A stretch of 64,000 nucleotides of DNA from Eledone cirrhosa (taxonomy: Eukaryota), in contig OZ024742.1 in assembly GCA_964016885.1 (NCBI GenBank), positions 58,094,001 through 58,158,000 of the forward strand, in the 5' to 3' direction. The notes beneath the pieces were generated by a model. The model was not told the DNA's origin and made no database searches. It worked only from the letters and a program-made list of their open reading frames with translations. Shown piece by piece: positions 48,776 through 60,494 of this stretch; position 1 is the stretch's first letter, and each line of letters opens with the position of its first letter. A program made the translations under genes and the position numbers.

Positions 48776-51700
48776 CGATGGACACATGTGCTGAGCTCGC
48801 TCGGTAAGTTTTTGTTTAAATTCATACGAAAATTGTAAACTGTAAACTTTCATTTTTGTACCATTTTGTAGAGGGACTGCCAGGTCAAATTTTGATCTGG
48901 TCGGTCTCTCAAAATATTCTGCGCCTTTGGGCGAAATAGTATTGTGAACATTTTATCTTTCGAAAAACTTCGAAAAACCCTATTTTGAGAAAAATGGCTG
49001 AAGCATCTTCACCATCAATCAAAGAAGGAAAGGGGAAGTCATACTCACAGCTTCCCCCTGCCACTGTCACAGCAGCAGATGCCAAAGGCAGAGGTCAGAG
49101 AGAGGAAGAATTGTCTTCACCTGTTGACCGACCACTAGATGTAGCCACAACTACACAAGAATTTGAAAACAACAACAACAACGACAACAACAGCAACAAT
49201 AAAGACAACAAAAACAACAACAACACAAACGTCACAAGTATCCACACACGAAACGAGAAAGACAACAACAACAACAAAGATGAAAACAACTCAAACGACG
49301 AGAAACAAAACAATACTAATATCCAAAACGAAAACAAAATATCTTTTGCACAAACGGCTAAATTATCAGTCGCTTATGTGCTGGAAGATATTTCAAAAGC
49401 AAAAGAAATGCTGGAAAAAGCCAAGAAATATGTGTCTTTTGGCGAAAACGGTTCGTTTTCTATACATTCACCTCCGGAGCTAAAAAGACAGACGGAATTA
49501 CGAACTGTCGTATTCCGAACAATTTTAAATAAAACAAAGAAACCAGCGCAACCATCTCAAGCGGAAATTCAGTTAGTCTTGAAAGACGCGATGAGAGATA
49601 TCACTTTTATACAAAAGGATAAACTCTATGGGAGTTTATCCATATTGATGAAAGACGAATTGGCGGCAAAAAAATACTCTGTGTCGCCAATTCGGTCCAC
49701 ACACTACACCTTCTTCCCCACCTACATGGGTAAAAAAACCCAGAGGATATGGATAACCACCATCACCCCAAACATAAACTACTGGTGGTTACTAACCGGT
49801 TTCCTCAATTTAGACGAGGACAACCTCATTTCAATAGGGAAGGCATCCTGCGACGCGTTCAGTGGAATGAGCCTCGAAGTTCTGACCCAAATAAGGCCAG
49901 AACGCATCGCCCAAATCCCTGAGCGCGTCATGCTGGATGACCGTACCCACCTCAACATTATTGTGGAGGGTAGGCGTCCCTCCTGTTACCTCTGTGGCAA
50001 TAGAGGTCACCTGAGGGCTGCCTGTCCCCAGCTCACACAGAAAAAAACACTGCTACCAACACCAACACCACCCCAACTACAACAACGAAAACAACCACAA
50101 CAACAACAAAAACCAACAACCCCACCACCACCACAACAACAACAACAACAAACACGTGAAAAAATAACACAGAATACTGTCCCACCCAATCCCTCCCCAC
50201 CCAAAACAAATACAAAAACACGTACACCGCAAACACTACCAGAAAACATACCCCTCCCACCCAACAAGGAAGACGAACCTCTTTCGTCGCAAGACGAAAA
50301 AGATCCCTTCCAACAAGTAAAAAGAAAGAAGAGGAGACGCACCACAGACACACATGTTAACTTTAACCCTCCCCAAGAGAACACAAACTACACACAAACC
50401 ACCCCTCCCTGTCACACAACACTAACTGCTACACAAAAAAAGACCTTACAATACACATACATGAACACAGACAACAAAGAATTACGGAAAACAATTGCAT
50501 CAAACCCTTCGGTCCAAACTTTATAACTGCTGTGGGACTACCTCATTTAAAAATGATAAAAGTCCCAATGAACTTTTACAAAACACTGAAAATAAATTTC
50601 ACGGAGGACGTGGGCACCCCCTGCGCCAAACCAATCAACCGCGTCCTCCTAAAAAATTTCACCCCCCCACCCCACCCAGACACCCACTCAACCACAAACA
50701 CCCCAACCCCACAACACACCGATGCCCCTTCACTTCCACAAACCACCACCCCACCCAACAACCCATCCCCAACCAGCATGGAAATTGAGCGGCCCGTTTC
50801 CCGGGACGCAGAGAGGTAAGTGCCTTTTCTCTTTACCACCAACATGGCTGTGCTAAGAGTAGGGTGTCTAAATGCGCGTGGCCTGGGCTCGTCTTGGAAG
50901 CAAGCAATGCTTCTAAATGACCTCAGGTCACAATCTATAAATGTGATGGTTATCTGCGAGGCCCGGATCAGCAGCATGCGACAGCTAGCCCCCACCTTTG
51001 ACGACTTTGAGATGCACGCATCTCTCTGTCAGCCCGGAGGTGGGGGTGGGGTTGTCGTTCTGCTGCAAAAACATATGGGCCTTGCAACATAGATAGTTCA
51101 CTTGGACCCAGGGGGTCGACTGGTGGTGCTGGACCTTGGCAGTGGTGAAGGTAGAGCCTTTAGGCTGATAGCCGCATATGCCCCTTTTGAGACAGAGCGG
51201 CCCGACTTTTTCCAGCGTCTGGAGTCTTTTCTAGGGACGTCCCGTTCCCTGCTTTTAGTGGGGGATTGGAATGGTATCCTGGATGCACGTTGGGACTATG
51301 CAGGGGCATGTCCCGATAGAGAGGGGTGCAACAGCCTCAAGGGGTTACTCGGCCGATTGGACCTGGCCGATAGATTTCGACTAGATTTTCCGACAGTGCC
51401 AACCTGGTCTTAGTCAAATCGCAGCGGATCATCTAGATCGTACCTAGATAGATTTTTAGTTAGAAATAAGGACAGGGACTTTTTAAGTTGTCCAGAAATG
51501 CTCATGGTTGGCTATTCAGACCACAAGTTGGTGACCTGCATGGTCAACCTTGATAGAACGTATAGACAGGGCCCCGGTTACTGGAAGCTCAACTTGTCCT
51601 TGCCGGCAAGTAGAGCCTACAGGAATCGGATTAGTACGTTAGTTAAGGAACGGTTGACTGGAGCGATCGTCAACAGCAGGTGGTGGGTATCTCTAAAGAG

Positions 51701-54403
51701 AGAGATTAGAGTAGTCTCGATTGAATTTAGTAAGGTTCTAGCTGCGGATAGGAATAGGAAGGAAAGGGAGCTAATAGATAGAGTAGAAGAGGCAATTAGA
51801 AGCGGCGACGTGGCCAGAGTGCTAGCGTCGAGAACGGCTTTGAGCCAGTTTTTCGACGCGAAGCACGAAGGCTGCGTTGTCCGAAGTAAAATACGTGCTC
51901 TAGGGAACGAGGGGACCAAAGCTGTTAGCTGGGCCCGCGTGACAGAGGCCAACAGTGGAACTAAATCCACCATCCGGTCTTTGTGAGACCTGGATGGACG
52001 GGCGATTCTTGAGCCTAAGCAGATGTGTGAGGCCTTTCAAAGGCACTTTGCCCGACTGTTCGGGAGGGGCGGGGAGCCGGTTGGGAACGTGGACTTCGGT
52101 CCATACCTCGACGGCCTGCCGCGCCTCTCGGACAGGGAGGCGAAGTCCTGCGAGGAGCCGATTTCGGCCGCTGAGATAGAGGACGTGCTGAGCCAATGCG
52201 GCAAACGCAAATCCCCGGGTCTCGATGGTCTTCCTTACGAATTATATCTAGCTATGCCGGACTTGTTCCCCGATCTCCTCGAGGCGGTCTACTGCAACTG
52301 GCAACAGAAAGGGAGAATTCCCTGTACTGTGACCACGGGCGTAGTCACGCTAGTGAGGAAGGACGAGAACAAGGGGGACGAAATAAGTAACTTCAGGCCA
52401 ATAACTCTGCTAAATACAGAGTTACAGATTTTGGCCAAGGTGCTAGCAAAGAGGTTGGCGCTTGTCGTGGGCAACCTGGTGGGAGATGCGCAGACATGCG
52501 CTATCCCGTCCAGGTCCATCCATGACAACCTCCACCTCATACGATACATCATAGAGAGGGTTGGGAACGAACCCGGCTTTGGTGGGGCTCTGATCAAATT
52601 GGATCAATCTAAGGCGTTCAATAGGGTCGACCATGGTTACCTGGATGCGGTGCTAGCGGCGGCAGGCTTCGGACCCGTTTTCAGGGGCTGGATCACTGCT
52701 ATGCACAGCAGCCGCATCTGCTCTAGGGTCAAGGTGAACGGCTACCTCTCGGAGCCGTTCAAAATCGCGCGGTCCATCCGACAAGGGTGCCCTCTCTCCT
52801 CCCTTCTGTATGTGTTGACTCTCGAGCCACTACTGCGGAAGTTGGAGTTGTTGCAGGGCATCCCTTTGGAACCGGGATTGCGGAAAGCGGTGTCAGCCTA
52901 CGCCGATGACGTGACAGTAATGGTGTCGACGGCCTCCGAAATCGAGGCGGTCGGCACCTTACTGGAGGAGTACGAAAAGTTCACAGGGGCTAAGCTGAAC
53001 CGGGACAAGTCGATCGGTTTGCAACTCGGCACGTGGAGGGGCAGACCGATGCCCTCCGATGGCGTCGTTGGACGCTGGACGGAGGGCCCGGTGAAGTTGC
53101 TCGGGGTCTGGTTCGGACCGGACCTCCAGGTGGAGAAAAACTGGGCGGAGGTTACGAACAGGGTGTTTGCACTGACCCAGAAGTGGGCCAGTTGCAAACT
53201 ATCCCTGAAAGGTCGGGCGGAGGTGGCGAACACTTATATAGCGTCCGTCATCTACTACCGCCTGACCGTAGTGCCCTGCCCAAGGGAAACCCTCACCAAG
53301 ATGGAGCGCGCGCTCTTCCAATTCCTTTGGAAGAGGTGGGCTCCTATGGTGAGGAGATCCATCTGCTGTCAACACCCTTCGAAAGGAGGGCTGGGAATGC
53401 CGTGGCTAGTGATGCGTAAATACGCATTAAGGCTACGGCACCTCTACGTATTCCTCACCGGACAACCGGTGTGGGCCTCGTTTGTGAGACGAACCTTTCC
53501 CAGACTCGTCTCACTCACCGAGCTGCAATCCTGGGTCAAGCAAAGACCGAGAAAACTGGGCGCCTGGCACACTGAGTGTGCCCAGGCGCTCACCGCCCTC
53601 TGGCAGGCGGATCCGGTTATCAGTGGAGACTCCACCGCAACATTCTATAGAGGGCTGGTACGCAGCAGGTGCGACGACGCCGTCGGAGAAGCCCTAGACA
53701 TGGAGGAAGACGAACTGGCCAGCCTGTTCGGTAGGACATTCAGCCCGGGACCTATGGACAACTTCCAGAAGTCCCTGGCCTGGCAGTGCTACCGAGGGGC
53801 TTTACCCGTTCGAGAAAGGCTCTACAGACACGGGCGCCCGGGTAGGGACCCCGCCAAAAAGATCTGTCCCAGATGCGTGTGCGACGAGGAAACCGTTGCA
53901 CACGCATTGGTACACTGCTCGGGCGTAGCCGATCTGTGGGGCTATGTCGAACAACTGCTGTCAAGGGTGGGACCGATCCGGTTGACCACCGAGTCTATTG
54001 TAATGATCAAGCCGCCTCCCCCCTTCAAAGATGAAGCAGAGGCGGTGTTTCTGTGCGTAATAGCCATGGCGAAAGAGGTTGTATTGAAAGTGGCGAGAAT
54101 GGCCCGTGTGAATGGGCCTTCTCTTTACATAAGCCTGTAGGTGGAAAAGAGGAAGGAACGAGGGAGCACCCCCTCTCTGTGCTCCTGAGGAGAAGGGTTG
54201 CACACTTTTTTCGGGGGTGTGTGCGACCCCCCAAGGCGCCTCCTCTCTATTGAGGATTTTGTTATAAATTTTATTTTTTGTTATATCTTATTTTATTTTT
54301 ATATTTTGTTATTGCCTCCTCCTTATTGAAGACGCCTTTTTGTGTAAACTCCCCCCTTTGTACTTGTCCCACTTTTGATGCCCTAGTGGCAAATAAAAGA
54401 AAC
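48776..54403 (+). mobile_element. Tx1/L1-clade LINE copy E2, full-length (ORF1 48994-50819, ORF2 50844-54140)
   Basis: Same domain set as E1; several premature stops and a small deletion near 54085; flanked by TATC motifs. Confidence 0.95.
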
Positions 54404-54411
54404 ATATCTAT

Positions 54412-54657
54412 CTGTAGGTTGAGGAAAAGGAGGAGGAGAGGAAAGGAGTACAAACTCTTCGTACTCCTGGAGATGAGGGTTGCACATTTTTTTTTCGGGG
54501 GTATGTGTTACCCATGTAAACTGTCTCCCTCTATTGGGGAAAATCGACTAACTTTTTAAATTCCATTTGTGATAACATTTTACACGTTTTTATTGTATGT
54601 AAACTTCCCCCTTTGTATTTGTCCCCTTCTTTTGTGCCCCTGTGACTAATAAAGAAA
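54412..54657 (+). mobile_element. Tx1 3'-UTR-only copy E2b (E4-type subfamily)
   Basis: Starts at the ORF2 stop context CTGTAG and ends AATAAAGAAA; near-identical to 60228-60473. Confidence 0.88.
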
Positions 54658-54670
54658 TATATCTATCTAT

Positions 54671-55654
54671 CTCACCGAGCTGCAAAACTGGGCGCCTGGC
54701 ACACTGAGTGTGCCCAGGCGCTCACCGCCCTCTGGCAGGCGGATCCGGTTATCAGTGGAGAATCCACAGCAACATTCTAGAGGGCTGGTACGCAGCAGGT
54801 GCGACGACGCACTCGGAGAAGCCCAAACATGGAGGAGGACGAACTGGCCAGCATGTTCGGTAGGACATTCAGCTAGAGACCTATGGACAACTTCCAGAAG
54901 TCCCTGGCCTGGCAGTGCTACCGAGGGGCTCTACCTGTTCGAGAAAAGCTCTACAGACATGGGCGCCCGGGTAGGGACCCCGCCAAAAAGATCTGTCCCA
55001 GATGCGTGTGCGACGAGGAAACCGTTGCACACGCATTGGTACACTGCTCGAGCGTTGCCGATCTGTGGGGCTATGTCGAACAACTGCTGTCAAGGGTGGG
55101 ACCGATCCGGTTGACCACCGAGTCTATTGTAATGAACAAGCCGCCTCACCCCTTCAAAGATGAAGGAGAGGCGGTGTTTCTGTGCGTAATAGCCATGGTG
55201 AAAGAAGTTGTATGGTGGACGCGTCTGAAAGGACTGAGGTCAGGCACCTTTCTCTCTGGCCAACAACTGGTCCGTTTCTTCCGATATCATTTCGGAAGAA
55301 GGATCAGGATGGAGAGAGAGGTGCTCCACCCCAGTCATTTTTATGAAAGATGGGTGAAAGTGGCGAGAAAGGCCCGTGTGAATGGGCCTTCTCTTTACAT
55401 AAGCCTGTAGGTGGAAAAGAGGAAGGAACGAGGGAGCACCCCCTCTCTGTGCTCCTGAGGAGAAGGGCTGCACACTTTTTTCGGGGGTGTGTGCGACCCC
55501 CCAAGGCGCCTCCTCTCTATTGACGATTTTGTTATAATTTTATTTTATTTTTATATATTGTTATTGCCTCCTCCCTATTGAGGACGCCTTGTTTTGTAAA
55601 CTCCCCTCATTGTACTTGTCCCACTTTTGATGCCCTGGTGGCAAATAAAAGAAA
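54671..55654 (+). mobile_element. 5'-truncated Tx1 copy E2c (E2 subfamily)
   Basis: ORF2 C-terminus (54883-55410) plus 3' UTR; TATC motifs at both ends. Confidence 0.93.
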
Positions 55655-55666
55655 CATATCTATCTC

Positions 55667-58600
55667 TGGGATGGACACACGCGTGTAACTTGCTGAGTAA
55701 GTTCTGCTTAAATTTCTATAGAAATTCTTGACTGTAAACTTTCATTTTTGTACCATTTTGTAGAGGGACTGCCAGGTCAAATTTTGATCTGGTCAGTCTC
55801 TGAAAATATTCTACTCCTTTAGGTGAAATAGTTAACAAAAAGTTGTTTTTTTTGAAAAGCTAACATTTTTTTTTTAAATGGCTGAAGCTTCTTCACCAAA
55901 ATTCGAAGGAGGAAAGGGGAAGATATGCTTACAGCTTCCCCCTGCCACTGTCATAGTAGATGTCAAAGACAAAGGTCAGCCAGAGGAAGGATTTTCTCCA
56001 CCTGCTGACCGACAACTTGACGTTGCCATGGCAACAAACGAAACAACCAGCTGCACCAGCAACAACAACACCAACAACACCAATAACAACAACAACAATG
56101 ATAACAACACCACCACCAACTACAACAGCAACACACATAAGGAAAACCCTAGACTATCTGCCAGTAGATACAACCAAAGCGAAGGAGCTACTGGCAGATG
56201 CCAAAAAATACATAATGTACGGGGAAAATGCATCAATATCCATGGGAAAGGCATCGGGTGACTCGTTCAGTGGAACGAGCCTCGAACTTGTAGTGCAAAT
56301 GCGGCCCGAAAGGATCGCCCAGATCCCTGAACAAGTCTTACTGGATGATCAAACTTTTATCAACATTACCGTTGAGGGTAGGCAGCCCTCGTGTTACCTC
56401 TGTGGAACCAGAGGTCATCTGAGGGCTGTCTGTCCTCAACTTAACAAGAAAACCCCAATCCTGCCTACACCACCAACAACTGCACAACCAACACAATCAC
56501 CACAACCACCACTACAAAAACAACAACCACAGCTCAAACCAAAACAACACAATGTCCAACCCATCCCCCCCACTAAAAAAAAAACAATTTCCAAAACACC
56601 CGCACCACAAACACAACCCGAAAATCTACCCCTCCTCTGCAACGCGGAAGATGACCCTCGTTCGTCGTCAGAGGAGGAGGAGCACTTCCACACAATCAAA
56701 AGAAAAAAAAGAAAACACACCTCAAACACATAAATGAAAACAACCCCTCCCCCAAAACATAACACTGACACCAACACAAAAGAGCACACAACAACAGCAA
56801 ACAAAAACATGCATGCACATACATAAACATAAGAAATACAAAACTGTTAAACATTGTGTAAAACAACAATTTGATAAAACCCCAAGGACCTAAATTCACC
56901 CAGGCAGAGGATTTCCCCCACCTCAAAATGATTAAGGCCCCAGAGGACACATATAAAACACTAAAAAACAACGAAAAGAGGGAGTAGATCCACAATCCGG
57001 TCTTTGCGAGACCAGGATGGACGAGTGATCCTTGAGCCTAAGCAGATGTGCGAGGCTTTTCAAAAGCACTTTGCCAGATTGTTCGGAAGGGGCGGGGAGC
57101 CAGTTGGGGAAGTGGACTTCGGTCCATACCTCGACGGCCTGCCGCGTCTCTCGGACAGGGAGGAGCCGATTTCAGTCCTGCGAGGAGCCGATTTCAGCCG
57201 CTGAGATAGAGGACGTGCTGAGCCAATGCGGCAAATGCAAATCCCCGGGTCTCGATGGTCTTCCATACAAACTATATCTAGCTATGCCGGACTTGTTCCC
57301 CGATCTCCTCTAGGCGGTCTACTGTAACTGGCAACAGAACGGAAGAATTCCCTGTGCTGTGACCAAGGGCGTAGTCATGCTAGTGAGGAAGGACGAGAAC
57401 AAGGGGGACAATATAAATAATTTCAGGCCCATAACTCTGCTAAATACAGAGTTACAGATTTTAGCCAAGGTGCTAGCAAAGAGGTTGGCGCTTGTCGTGG
57501 GCAACCTGGTGGCAGAGGTGCAGACATGTGCTATCCCGTCCAGGTCCATCCACGACAACCTCCACCTCATGCGATACATCATAGAGAGGGTTGGGAACGA
57601 ACCCGGCTTTGGTGGGGCCCTGATCAACTTGGATCAATCTAAGGCGTTCGATAGGGTCGACCATGGTTACCTGGATGCGGTGCTAGCGGCGGCAGGCTTC
57701 GGACCCGTTTTCAGGGGCTGGATCAATGCCATGCACAGCAGCCGCATCTGCTCTAGGGTCAAGGTGAACGGTCTGTAACTCGGCACGTGGAGGGGCATAT
57801 CGATGCCCTCCGATGGCGTCGTCGGGCGCTGGACGGAGGGCCCAGTGAAGTTGCTCGGGGTCTGGTTCGAACCAGACCTCCAGGTGGAGAAGAACTGGGG
57901 TGAGGTAACGAACAGGGTGTTTGCACTGACCCAGAAATGGGCCAAGTGCAAACTGTCCCTGAAAGGTCGAGCGGAGGTGGTGAACACTTATATAGCATCC
58001 GTCATCTACTACCGCCTGACCGTTGTGCCTTGCCCAAGGGAACCGCTCGCCAAAATGGAGCGCGCACTCTTCCAATTCCTTTGGAAGCGGGCTCCTATGG
58101 TGAGGAGATCCATCTGCTGTCAACACCCTTCGAAAGGAGGGCTGGGGATGCTGTGGCTAATGATACGTAAACACGCATTAAGGCTACGGCACCTCCAGGT
58201 ATTCCTCACCGGTCAACCGGTGTGGGCCCCGTTTGTGAGGCGAGCCTTTCCCAGACTCGTCTCACTCACCGAGCTGCAATCCTGGGTCAAGCTAAGACCG
58301 AGAAAACTGGCAGGCGGACCCGGCTGTCAGTGGAGAATCCACCTCGTCATTCTATAGAGGGTTGGTGGTTAGCAGGTGCGACGACGCCCTCGGAGAAAAG
58401 CCCTAGGCATGGAGGAAGACGAAATGGCCAACCTGTCCGGTAGGACATTCAGCCCGGAACCCATGGATAACTTCCAGAGGTCCCTGGCCTGGCAGTGCTA
58501 CCGAGGGGCTCTGCCCGTTTGAGAAAGGCTCTACAGACACGGGCGCCTGGGTAGGGACCCCTCGAAAAAGATCTGACCCAGATGCGTGTGCGACGAGGAA

Positions 58601-59215
58601 ACCGTTGCACACGCATTGGTACACTGCTCGGGCATTGCCGATCTGTGGGGCTATGTCGAACAACTGCTGTCAAGGGTGGGACCGATCTGGTTGACCACCG
58701 AGTCTATTGTAACGATCAAGCCGCCTCCCCTCTTCAAAAACGAAGGAGAGGTGGTGTTTCTGTGCGTAATAGCCATGGCGAAAGAGGTTGTATGGTGGAT
58801 GCGTCTGAAAGGACTGAGGTCAGACACCTTTCTCTCTGGCCAACAACTGGTCCGTTTCTTCCGATATCATTTCGGAAGAAGGATCAGGATGGAGAGATAG
58901 GTGCTGCACCCCAGCCGTTTTTATGAAAGATGGGTGAAAGTGGCGAGAATGGCCCGTGTGAATGGGCCTTCACTCCACATCAGACTATAGGTGAGGAAGA
59001 TGAAAAATCAAGGGAGCACCCCCTCTCTGTGCTCCTGGGGAGAAGGGTTGCACACTCCCTATTGAGGATTTTGTTATAAAATTTATTTTGTTATATTTTA
59101 TTTTATTTTTATACTTTGTTATTGCCTCCTCCTTATTGAGGACGCCTTTTCATGTAAACTCCCCCCATTGTACTTGTCCCACTTTTTGATGCCCTGGTGG
59201 CAAATAAAAAGAAAA
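55667..59215 (+). mobile_element. Tx1 copy E3 with internal deletions (ORF1 end and endonuclease lost)
   Basis: 5' UTR like E2; ORF1 MAEASSP.. with CCHC; jump into ORF2 near 56975; RT fragments; stop at 58988-58990; AATAAA at 59203. Confidence 0.93.
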
Positions 59216-59251
59216 TTATCTATCTATCTATCTATCTCTCTCTCTCTCTCT

Positions 59252-60473
59252 ACCAGACATGTGTAACTTCGCGGAGAAGTTTCCGTTAATTTATGTAAGA
59301 AAAAAACGTGAGTTTTCAGTTAAATTTTATATTATTGTGTAACTTGACCCCCTGTCTGGACCTTCAGGTGGTGGGTCAACCCATTTTCGCCCCTACAAGG
59401 GCGAAATATTCGTTTGATAAATTTTTCCTCCATAGAATTTTTGAAAAAATATCCTAAGAAGTTTGATTCCGTTATGAACGCTGCATCCAACGATAATGGT
59501 GGTGGAGAGTCGGTAAGACTACATAGCTCGCAGTCAACATCGTCTTCTTCCCTTTCCTTCTCCATAGATACTGAGATGGAAAGACGAAATAAAATTGTAA
59601 AAACAAATTCATATCCAAACAGCACAAATGACACCAAACAGTACGACAACAAAAATAACAACAACACCAATAATGATGATAAAAACAACAATGACAACAA
59701 CAACAAAGAAAAAAATAAAAACAACACCAATAATACCAGCATCAAAGACAATAACAACACCAACACCAACACCAAGGAAAATACGAATAATATCAACATC
59801 AGTGACAACAAGAATAACAACAAGAATAACAACAATAATGACAACACCACCAACACGGATAATTCCACAAAGAATCCGAAAATCTCCTTTGCACAGACAG
59901 TTCAGAAAAAGGAGGAACTGACATATCTCGACATAACAAATGCCGAACAACTTTTAAAGGACGCTAGGAGATGTGTCACTTTCGAAAAGAATGGTGCTTT
60001 CAGCATCAATTCTCCGGTAGAAATTCGCAAGGAAACTGCTTTCAAAACGATAGTTTTTAGGACAGTTTCCAATTCTACCCGAAAACCAGTCCAATTGTCA
60101 CAGAAAGAAATTGAACTGGTTTTCAAAAATTCAATGAATGATATTTCATTCATTCAAAGAAGCAAACTCTTTGGGAGTATTTCGGTACTCATGAAGGATC
60201 AATTGACGGCCCAAAATGATGGTGTCAGCCTGTAGGTTGAGGAAAAGGAGGAGTAGAGGAAAGGAGTACAAACTCTTTGTACTCCTGGAGATGAGGGTTG
60301 CACATTTTTTCGGGGGTATGTGTTACCCATATGAACTGTCTCCTCCTATTGGGGAAAATCGACTAATTTTTTTAAATTGCATTTGTGATAATATTTTACA
60401 CGTTTTTATTGTATGTAAACTTCCCCCTTTGTATTTGTCCCCTTCTTTTGTGCCCCTGTGGCTAATAAAGAAA
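59252..60473 (+). mobile_element. Tx1 copy E4: 5' UTR and ORF1 N-terminal half joined directly to the 3' UTR
   Basis: 5' UTR hairpins like E1; ORF1 ..KISFAQT..VFRTVSN..GSISVLMKD; junction at AGCC (about 60227) into CTGTAG and the 3' UTR. Confidence 0.9.
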
Positions 60474-60494
60474 CATATCTATCTATCTCTCTTT

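Noticed and set aside
59332-59950. Hydrophobic Leu/Val-rich minus-strand ORFs (also 49095, 50007, 50033, 44112)
   Set aside because: Antisense shadows of the (AAC)n/(ACC)n low-complexity tracts in ORF1
60220-60240. E4 internal deletion as a spliced retrocopy
   Set aside because: The junction is mid-ORF1, keeps the putative acceptor AG and shows AGCC microhomology, so it does not prove the splicing model
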